Below are positions 15,443 to 21,877 of a stretch of 33,177 bases of DNA, piece by piece (position 1 is the first letter of the stretch; each line of letters starts with the position of its first letter). This DNA comes from an uncultured Gammaproteobacteria bacterium (GTDB lineage Bacteria; Patescibacteriota; Microgenomatia; UBA8517; JACQJR01). The notes beneath the pieces are model-generated. The model made no database searches. It saw only the letters and a list, made by a program, of their open reading frames with translations, and had not been told where the DNA came from. The translations under genes and the position numbers were made by a program. The stretch lies in assembly GCA_964363945.1 (NCBI GenBank), contig CAYIKF010000003.1, positions 5,693 through 38,869 on the forward strand. Direction: 5' to 3'.

Positions 15443-16129
15443 TTATGCTCTTTTTTTCTTCCTCTCACTTACCACAATCCAGGTAACAATTATCACTACA
15501 AACAGCACAGTAAACACTGGACTCCCAATTACTCTAATAAATGGGAGTCCGAGACTGTATGCTAACACACCCCAAAATGTATCTCGTAAAAGTAATGTGG
15601 GAAGCAGGACTAAAAAGAATCTCCAAAATGGGTAATGCAATATTCCCGCTGCGGTTGAGGCGATGGCAGCCGTCGGCGGGAGAAGCAAACTTACCACTAA
15701 AAATTTATTTTTCCCTTTACTCAATCTTTTACTCACTTGCTCTAATGGTTCCTGGGAACCAAATTTAGCCAAAAGGGCGTAAAGTCCGAATTTTCCAAGT
15801 GCATAATCAATTAAGTTGCCCGCGCTAAATCCAATTGTTCCGAAAAGAATTACATTTGTAAGTTGGAATAAGTCTTCCGAAAAAATTGCCCCCAAAAGTG
15901 CAACCATCGAACCCGGAAAATATAAATTAAGAACAAAGAGTCCCTCAATAAATGAGCCAATAAGTACAGTAATTACTCCATATCTTTCATAAAATCCACG
16001 CAACATTACTATTAATTCAGACAAAGTTGGCCATTTAAGTAAAAACGCGCCAAGATTGAGAATAAAGAATACGAGAATAAGAATGGTTGTGGGATGTCTA
16101 ATTATTCTTCGAATCATGAGGAATGACAT
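15443..16129 (-). CDS. DedA / VTT-domain family membrane protein
   Basis: 228-aa polytopic ORF with a DedA-like block YGVITVLIGSFIEGLFVLNLYFPGSMVALLGAIF. Confidence 0.7.
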   Translation of the reverse strand: MSFLMIRRIIRHPTTILILVFFILNLGAFLLKWPTLSELIVMLRGFYERYGVITVLIGSFIEGLFVLNLYFPGSMVALLGAIFSEDLFQLTNVILFGTIGFSAGNLIDYALGKFGLYALLAKFGSQEPLEQVSKRLSKGKNKFLVVSLLLPPTAAIASTAAGILHYPFWRFFLVLLPTLLLRDTFWGVLAYSLGLPFIRVIGSPVFTVLFVVIIVTWIVVSERKKKRA

Positions 16130-16137
16130 TCTACCCG

Positions 16138-16518
16138 TTATCTACGTTTAAGAAGTTTATAGGCTCCAAATGCTGTTGTTATTGCGGAAGCAATAGACAA
16201 AAGTCTGCCTCCTATGATATGGAATTTATAAGGATCTATCTCTTCTTCTATTTGCCTTTCTAATTTATATTTATCGTCAATTTTATATGACCATTTAAGA
16301 TAATTTAAAGAACTAGTGAGTCTATTTGCATTTAATGAGGCAAGTCCTCTTTCCAACTCTCTTAATCGTGGGCCAGAGGGATGGTCATCTATGGCTCTAT
16401 TCCATAGCTGATTAACTTCCCTACTTGCCCATAAACCCGTAATTCCAGAACCAACCATAAGTAAGCCTGGAACTCTGCTTTTTGTTGCACCCAAATGTTT
16501 TTCTCCTTCTCTAAGCAT
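16138..16518 (-). CDS. hypothetical small protein with C-terminal TM anchor
   Basis: 126-aa ORF. It has a hydrophobic stretch near the N-terminus and the C-terminal segment IIGGRLLSIASAITTAFGAYKLL. I recognise no family. Confidence 0.45.
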   Translation of the reverse strand: MLREGEKHLGATKSRVPGLLMVGSGITGLWASREVNQLWNRAIDDHPSGPRLRELERGLASLNANRLTSSLNYLKWSYKIDDKYKLERQIEEEIDPYKFHIIGGRLLSIASAITTAFGAYKLLKRR

Positions 16519-16532
16519 AACTTTATACAGTT

Positions 16533-16560
16533 AGTTTACTTAAATTTTTTATCCTGTCAA
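16533..16560 (-). promoter_or_regulatory. candidate sigma70-type promoter for the 16138..16518 gene
   Basis: The minus strand reads TTGACA (16560-16555), a 16-nt spacer, then TAAACT (16538-16533), about 15 nt upstream of the ATG at 16518. This is a motif match only. Confidence 0.3.
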
Positions 16561-16610
16561 GCTAATCTTTCTAAAACCCCAAGAGTTTGTTTTGCGGTTT
16601 TTAGCCAGAA
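16557..16610 (-). pseudogene. relic of a GT4 glycosyltransferase 3' end (last ~17 codons plus stop)
   Basis: Hand translation gives FWLKTAKQTLGVLERLA*. Compare the tails of the local GT4 genes: FDWQKAAQQTLEVLERILK* (17244 gene) and FSWEKAARETLEVY (18428 gene). Similarity does not continue upstream of the relic. Confidence 0.4.
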
Positions 16611-16612
16611 TT

Positions 16613-16900
16613 TTAAGCTAACTTTGCTCTGTGGGTAAGTATATTCGCCCAAGTAAGCATGTCTTCCGCCCAATATTCATCAATTTTTTTGCTTCTCTTC
16701 AAATCATTGAATTGTTCTATAAATGCATTATAGGTGGGTATAAAACGCTGACTTTTCGGTAAGTCTTCAAGCTGGCTCACAAAGTCTACTGTTTCATTTA
16801 AAAATTGTTTTATGCGATAGGGTTTTTCTTCAAATGCCCAGCGGGCAAGTCTACCAAGGTTAGCCGCAATATGGAGAATTAATTCCTGTTGTTTTGTCAT
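16613..16900 (-). CDS. hypothetical small helical protein
   Basis: 95-aa ORF with no TM segment and a predicted all-helical composition. I recognise no family. It is separated by 7 nt from the upstream small ORF. Confidence 0.5.
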   Translation of the reverse strand: MTKQQELILHIAANLGRLARWAFEEKPYRIKQFLNETVDFVSQLEDLPKSQRFIPTYNAFIEQFNDLKRSKKIDEYWAEDMLTWANILTHRAKLA

Positions 16901-16907
16901 TCAGATC

Positions 16908-17237
16908 TCATTTTAACAAAAATTTAACTATTTCTTCTGCTCGCTTTCTTATCTGGGGATTAATTATCTCTCGACTGGGATTATCCTCCCTTGGCCTCAA
17001 ATTGATTATTGAATCAAAGTCTATCTCTCTTGTTTCAAGATCAAGACCACCACCCCAGAGATTTTCCTGTTTACTTCCATTTTTTAAAAGCAATTCTTCT
17101 CCTTCAAAATGTCTTTTACCGCCCGCGGCCAAAATCTCTCGTTCCACGTCAACAACAAATTTGATATATCCTTCCAGATCCTCGGCAACCTTTTTAATGG
17201 TTTCCTCTGTCGCTTTTGAGGTTATAAGTAGAAGCAT
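16908..17237 (-). CDS. small conserved hypothetical protein (DUF5674-like, tentative)
   Basis: 109-aa ORF. The pattern FVVDVEREILAAGGKRHFEGEELLLKNGSKQENLWGGG resembles what I recall of the DUF5674 family. The assignment is from memory only. Confidence 0.45.
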   Translation of the reverse strand: MLLLITSKATEETIKKVAEDLEGYIKFVVDVEREILAAGGKRHFEGEELLLKNGSKQENLWGGGLDLETREIDFDSIINLRPREDNPSREIINPQIRKRAEEIVKFLLK

Positions 17238-17243
17238 GGTTAT

Positions 17244-18410
17244 TTATTTTAAAATCCTTTCTAACACCTCTAATGTTTGTTGGGCTGCTTTTTGCCAGTC
17301 GAAGAGTTTGGTGCGCTCTAAGCCTTTTTTGGATAATGCGTCATAATTTTTAAGAGCCTCTTTTATCCCACGAGCAATATCTCCTGGATCGTCGGGATTC
17401 ACTAAAATTCCTGCATCTCCCACAACTTCAGGCAAACTTCCGACAGTTGAGACGACAACCGGTGTTCCTACTGCCATTGCCTCAACTACTGGAATTCCAA
17501 ATCCTTCCCAAAAACTAGGCAAGACAAAAACTAGAGCTCCTGCCATGAGAAGCGGCACATCATCATCTGGTATAAAGTCAGTAAAAACCACTTTATCCCG
17601 AAGGGGCAAGCTCCGCTTATCTTCTAAATCTAATTCTTTTACTTTTTTGAAAATTGATTCATATAACCAACCCTTTTTACCGGCAATAACAAGAGTGATT
17701 AGTGATTGCCGCCCATGGCGAGCCTCGCCTTCGGCGGGGTGATTAGTGATTAGTGAGAAAGCAGTCAGCAAACCTTCAATGTTCTTACTTGGTTTTAGCG
17801 TACTCAGAAAAAGAATATAATCATCTTTAATGTTGTATTTTTTCTTTACTTCTCTAATTTTAATTTTTGATATTTGATTTTTAAATTTATTTTTATCGTA
17901 TCCCGGATACGTAACCGTTATTTTTGAACGTGGAATTTTGTAATACCTGATAATGTCTCTTTTTGTGCTTTCTGAAATAGCAATGACGTGGTCTGACTTT
18001 TTAATAGAGTGGGCTGTCCAAGAAGTTAATTGGTAAAGATCGCGGCGTGTAAATTGATCGGGGTATCGCAAATACCCAAGGTCCATTATTGAAACAACTG
18101 TCGGAATAGGTGACCAACGAGGACGATAATGCCCTGGGGTAAAAAATACTTCGGGTCTTGGCTCGGCAAAAAAAAGAGAAAGAGGAAGCGCAAATTGAGT
18201 CCATAAACGCTTAGGGCCGAAGACTTTATATTTCCACCATGAAATTTCTTTGGGCATGTCAGGAAGGGGAGTATCACGTAAATAAATCATCCACTCATGT
18301 TTTTTTGCCTCTGGCAAGTTATACAAAGCATGGAGAAGTTCAAACGCATATTGGTTTGATCCAACACGCCGTTCTACATTTGCTTCATTGCCATCAACGC
18401 CGATTATCAT
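17244..18410 (-). CDS. GT4-family glycosyltransferase
   Basis: 388-aa ORF. MIIGVDGNEANVERRVGSNQY N-terminus, C-terminal block LPSFWEGFGIPVVEAMAVGTPVVVSTVGSLPEV, and tail FDWQKAAQQTLEVLERILK. Confidence 0.85.
   Translation of the reverse strand: MIIGVDGNEANVERRVGSNQYAFELLHALYNLPEAKKHEWMIYLRDTPLPDMPKEISWWKYKVFGPKRLWTQFALPLSLFFAEPRPEVFFTPGHYRPRWSPIPTVVSIMDLGYLRYPDQFTRRDLYQLTSWTAHSIKKSDHVIAISESTKRDIIRYYKIPRSKITVTYPGYDKNKFKNQISKIKIREVKKKYNIKDDYILFLSTLKPSKNIEGLLTAFSLITNHPAEGEARHGRQSLITLVIAGKKGWLYESIFKKVKELDLEDKRSLPLRDKVVFTDFIPDDDVPLLMAGALVFVLPSFWEGFGIPVVEAMAVGTPVVVSTVGSLPEVVGDAGILVNPDDPGDIARGIKEALKNYDALSKKGLERTKLFDWQKAAQQTLEVLERILK
17695..17759. repeat. copy 2 of the dispersed GC-rich hairpin element nested between GTGATTA/GTGATTG heptamers, inside another GT4 ORF
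   Basis: GTGATTA GTGATTG + CCGCCCATGGCGAGCCTCGCCTTCGGCGG + G + GTGATTA GTGATTA GTGAGAA. It is on the same strand as copy 1 but is read in a different codon phase. Confidence 0.9.
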
Positions 18411-18427
18411 ATATTAATGCATGATAA

Positions 18428-19519
18428 TTACACTACACTCCGATATACTTCTAATGTTTCCCTTGCTGCTTTCTCCCATGAGAACTGTTTTACTCGAGCC
18501 AATCCTTTCTTAATGAATTCTCCCCTTTTGGAAAGCACGCGTTCAATCCCTCTTCTTATATCATCAACATCCTCCGGGTTTACCAAAACTGCCGCGTCCC
18601 CTGCTACCTCGGGCATACTTGAGATGTTAGACGTTACTACCGGACATCCGCACGCCATTGCTTCTAAAATTGGCAAACCAAACCCTTCGTATAGGGAAGC
18701 GTAAATAAGCGCTTGTGCACCACTATAAAGTGCGGAGAGTTCGCTTCTTGAAACATGACCAATCCACAAAATATTGTCCCGCGGAGCGGGATCCTGCTTC
18801 GCGGGATGCGACCACCTTTTTCCCACAACAACCAATGGCGGTGCATCGGGAATGAGTGTAAGTGCTTGAGCTACATTTAATAGATTTTTTCGCGGATCTG
18901 CTCCTACTGCAAGCAGGAAATGCCGTGGAAGACCAAATTTCTTTTTTACCTCCCCTACCCTCTTATCCCCTACTTTTCTATAAATTGCATCCGGCGCCTC
19001 ATACACTACTGAAATTTTTTCCGCCGGAATTCCCAAATAAGTTATGATGTCATTTTTGGTAGCTTCCGATACTGCTATCACCCGTTCACATTCTCTCTTT
19101 ACCCACTTAAGCTGTCTTTTGTGTACTGCAATAATCTTAGGATGTGAACTCTCTGGGTATAAAAGCGGCACTAAATCATGCACTGTAGTAACCAGTTTTG
19201 CTTTTCTTGATGGTGGTTGTGTCCAATTAGAAGAATGGAACACATCAACCGAACCCACAAAATTTTCAATTGGAAAGATGTGAAGCCGATTCCATAAAAG
19301 GTCAAGCATCATTGGAGATAAAGGATAAAACTTTTTTGTGAAATTACCTGAAAGGTCCTTGCTAAAATGATTTAAATCAGGCAAACGGCGCATGGCACCA
19401 CCGAAGAGGAAATACTCATCTTTTTTATCAAACGAGAGGAGTGCGTGTACCAAATTCCTTGTATACCACGAAACGCCAGTCTCATAAACTATTTGCGAAA
19501 TATCTATTCCAATCTTCAT
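18428..19519 (-). CDS. GT4-family glycosyltransferase
   Basis: 363-aa ORF. MKIGIDISQIVYETGVSWYTRNL N-terminus, block ASLYEGFGLPILEAMACGCPVVTSNISSMPEV, and tail FSWEKAARETLEVY. Confidence 0.85.
   Translation of the reverse strand: MKIGIDISQIVYETGVSWYTRNLVHALLSFDKKDEYFLFGGAMRRLPDLNHFSKDLSGNFTKKFYPLSPMMLDLLWNRLHIFPIENFVGSVDVFHSSNWTQPPSRKAKLVTTVHDLVPLLYPESSHPKIIAVHKRQLKWVKRECERVIAVSEATKNDIITYLGIPAEKISVVYEAPDAIYRKVGDKRVGEVKKKFGLPRHFLLAVGADPRKNLLNVAQALTLIPDAPPLVVVGKRWSHPAKQDPAPRDNILWIGHVSRSELSALYSGAQALIYASLYEGFGLPILEAMACGCPVVTSNISSMPEVAGDAAVLVNPEDVDDIRRGIERVLSKRGEFIKKGLARVKQFSWEKAARETLEVYRSVV
18777..18806. repeat. 30-nt GC-rich near-perfect palindrome embedded in-frame in a GT4 ORF
   Basis: TCCCGCGGAGCGGGATCCTGCTTCGCGGGA. 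The outer 7-bp stem is TCCCGCG/CGCGGGA. The inner arms pair with two G-U positions around a GATC loop. It encodes PAKQDPAPRD. Confidence 0.85.
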
Positions 19520-20972
19520 CTTGAGTTAATTGTACGCCTCGCTCGTATTCGAACACAAACCCCACTCCTCGGAAGTTATATGTTGCTACCTTAACAAAAC
19601 CCTTCTCGTCTAATGTCTTTTCAACTACCCCCTCAGGATCATTTATCTCGACCAAATATTGAAAAACAAAAATTTGCTCTCTCTCTTTTATAATTTGGTC
19701 AAGTCCAGGATTCAAACCCCCTACACCATCAACAATCCCTTTTGAATACCAAGAAAAACCAGGCATCACACTTTTGCTCTCAAAAAGAACAAGAACGCCA
19801 GGAGTTGCTTTTTGTTCAATAAAGGATACTGCCCCTCTCCAATCTTCTCTCTGAAAGCGTGAATTGAAAAGATAGATACCACTTGAAACTATATTAACCA
19901 AAAGTAACCCAACCACCATTATCAACCTCACTTTACTGTTTTTAAATGAAAGCGCGCCAAATGCCGCGAGTAAATAAAATGGGGGTAATAAGAAAATGAG
20001 CCGAAAATAGGAAAATACTGAAACTTTGAGTCCCACCAGAGCCACTGCGAGAATAGGTAATGTAAACCATACCCATAAAAAACTAGTCCGCTGCCACAGA
20101 GTAACACTTTTGAGGAAAACGCTCGCAAAAAGCACAGTTGGAATAACAAGCAACGCGGCATAAAGCACACTATTTTCTGCCGATATTCTCCCAATCATAA
20201 ATTTAATAGGTACTAAAGCAAGCTCTTTTACGTTCGTTCCGCCCAGCACATTCCACCATTGGGGGTTAGTCATTTGTACACCCAAGCCTGCCGCAAGTTG
20301 CCCAAATAATATCGGAACCCAAGGTAAAAAAAGGAAAAGAATGGCTATGGTAGCTAACAACCAGTTGGTAACACTCTTTTTAAGATGTTTTCTTTCGAAC
20401 ACGAGTAAATACAAAGCGAAAAATAGAAAAAGAAAAACGGGGAGATAATCGGTATAGAGAAGAAGTGTACTTACAATTACTAATCCCACCCAATCCGACG
20501 CTTGCTGTTTTTTCGCTTTGATAATTTTCAAGAAAAACAAAACTGAAAGGGTTGTAAAAAACACTGCCGGAACATACATTCGTGCTTCTTGAGAATAGTA
20601 AATGTGTAAACCTGAAGTTGCCAAAAAAAGAGCTGCAACTTCAGGAAATTTCCAATTTCCAATTTCCAATTTCCAATTAATTTGTTCAATTAAAATTTTC
20701 CCAATTAAGAAAACTACCCAAATTGTAGCAACACCAAACAAAACTGAAAGCATACGTATAGCGACCTCCGATGTACCAAAAACTTGTATAAAGAAGTGGA
20801 GTATCAAGTAGTAAAGTGGTGGGTGAAAGTCACCAGGAGAGAATTGTGCTAAAATTTCGGCAACAGAAAAGTCGCGTGCCACTAACGCGCTTGTCGCCTC
20901 ATCATGCCAAAAAGATTGGTTAAGGGAAATCAGTCTAAGTAAAAACCCAAGTATAAGAATTACGAAAATCAC
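19482..20972 (-). CDS. polytopic GT-C membrane glycosyltransferase (PMT_2 / ArnT-like)
   Basis: 496-aa multi-TM ORF. The N-terminus LLRLISLNQSFWHDEATSALVARDF ... FHPPLYYLILHFF is typical of the PMT_2/ArnT family. The GTG start forms a GTGA overlap with the upstream GT2 gene (20969-20972). Confidence 0.78.
   Translation of the reverse strand: MIFVILILGFLLRLISLNQSFWHDEATSALVARDFSVAEILAQFSPGDFHPPLYYLILHFFIQVFGTSEVAIRMLSVLFGVATIWVVFLIGKILIEQINWKLEIGNWKFPEVAALFLATSGLHIYYSQEARMYVPAVFFTTLSVLFFLKIIKAKKQQASDWVGLVIVSTLLLYTDYLPVFLFLFFALYLLVFERKHLKKSVTNWLLATIAILFLFLPWVPILFGQLAAGLGVQMTNPQWWNVLGGTNVKELALVPIKFMIGRISAENSVLYAALLVIPTVLFASVFLKSVTLWQRTSFLWVWFTLPILAVALVGLKVSVFSYFRLIFLLPPFYLLAAFGALSFKNSKVRLIMVVGLLLVNIVSSGIYLFNSRFQREDWRGAVSFIEQKATPGVLVLFESKSVMPGFSWYSKGIVDGVGGLNPGLDQIIKEREQIFVFQYLVEINDPEGVVEKTLDEKGFVKVATYNFRGVGFVFEYERGVQLTQDEDWNRYFANSL
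20647..20678. repeat. perfect tandem heptamer array AATTTCC x4.5 inside a GT-C ORF
   Basis: Read directly. CC recurs at 20652, 20659, 20666 and 20673. It encodes NWKLEIGNWKF in a loop between TM segments. Confidence 0.92.
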
Positions 20973-21811
20973 TTTGCTCCTCTACCTGTCATCCGATATT
21001 CTAAAATTCCTATAAAAATTCCAAAATCATAAACAATCTTAAAGATGAGAAAATGCGGCGTTTTATTAAGGATAGATTTTACCAGTCCTACTACTAGTGA
21101 TACCGGTAAAGACGCGCGAAATAGTGCAAAAGTTGCTCCGAGGATTCCCAATTTATACTCTCTTTTAGCAACCCAATGCGCGTGGTTAAAAACTTCAGAA
21201 AGATTACTGGGATTTGCATGATAAAACTTAGCATCAGGGGCAGCTACTGCTTCATATCCAAGTTTCTGACTTAAACTCCAATCATCCGTATAATACCCAC
21301 CAAGTTCAAATCCTCCTACCTTATCAAACTCACTTTTTAAAAGTGCTCTGAAAACCTTCTGTGTGGGTGGGTAGTTTTTAGGATGGCGCTTTCTCTCCTC
21401 CCAACCCTCATTTATATTCCAACACAGCGCCCACACATTTTCCCAGTTTGAGACATATTCCTCACGACTCCACGTGCCGCTTGCGTTCCCTCTTATTATT
21501 GGTGCAACCAACTTCTCTATAAAGTCCCTCTCAAACGTCATATCCGCATCAACAAAAACGAGTATTTCTCCTTTTGCATGGGTTGCTCCCAAATTCCTCG
21601 CCTCACCTGGTCCCTTATGTTTCTGTTCAAAAATTCTTAAATCGTACTTCTTAAATCTTAAATCTCCGACAATACTAAGGGTATTGTCGATCGAGCCATC
21701 ATCTACAACAATTACCTCTATTTTTTTGTAAGTTTGTTCGCACAAAGATTCCAAACACTTGTTAATTGTTTCCTCTTCGTTATAAGTAGGAATAATAACT
21801 GTGACTTTCAT
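20969..21811 (-). CDS. GT2-family glycosyltransferase with hydrophobic C-terminal segments (possible polyprenyl-phosphate sugar synthase, GtrB/CsbB/Ppm-like)
   Basis: 280-aa ORF. VTVIIPTYNEEETI ... VVDDGSIDNT ... VFVDADMTF, followed by C-terminal hydrophobic stretches (LGILGATFALFRASLPVSLVVGLV, FLIFKIVYDFGIFIGIL). It is translationally coupled to the downstream GT-C gene. The lipid-carrier role is inference. Confidence 0.8.
   Translation of the reverse strand: MKVTVIIPTYNEEETINKCLESLCEQTYKKIEVIVVDDGSIDNTLSIVGDLRFKKYDLRIFEQKHKGPGEARNLGATHAKGEILVFVDADMTFERDFIEKLVAPIIRGNASGTWSREEYVSNWENVWALCWNINEGWEERKRHPKNYPPTQKVFRALLKSEFDKVGGFELGGYYTDDWSLSQKLGYEAVAAPDAKFYHANPSNLSEVFNHAHWVAKREYKLGILGATFALFRASLPVSLVVGLVKSILNKTPHFLIFKIVYDFGIFIGILEYRMTGRGAK
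21636..21665. repeat. tandem heptamer array CTTAAAT CGTACTT CTTAAAT CTTAAAT inside a GT2 ORF
   Basis: Read directly. It encodes DLRFKKYDLRI, again in the loop following the DDGS.DNT motif. Confidence 0.8.
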
Positions 21812-21877
21812 TTTGAGCCTAAGTGAGAAACAAGCTCTGCTTATTTTGAACGTCAGTGAGAAACAAGCTCTGCTTAT
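21811..21877. repeat. 33-nt tandem duplication (30/33 identical, with a perfect 23-mer AGTGAGAAACAAGCTCTGCTTAT x2) filling the intercistronic spacer
   Basis: Units are 21811-21843 and 21844-21876. On the coding strand each unit starts with TAAGCAGAGCTTGTTTCTCACT. The first TAA (21876-21874) is the stop of the GT4 gene, and the array ends at the ATG of the GT2 gene (21811). Confidence 0.9.

Noticed and set aside
17855-17889. Degenerate period-7 tract TAATTTT AATTTTT GATATTT GATTTTT AAATTTA in GT4 17244..18410. A similar weak tract lies at 23755..23782.
   Set aside because: Units are highly degenerate and almost pure A/T. In AT-rich Lys/Ile/Asn-coding DNA this can arise by chance, and the encoded region (KFKNQISKIKIREVKKKY) corresponds to a normal GT4 linker. 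It is mentioned only as possible decayed arrays.
21811-21877. Possible CRISPR array, considering both the direct repeats here and the many short tandem repeats elsewhere.
   Set aside because: There are only two 33-nt units with essentially no unique spacers. The heptamer arrays have no spacers at all. No cas genes are present. This is not a CRISPR.
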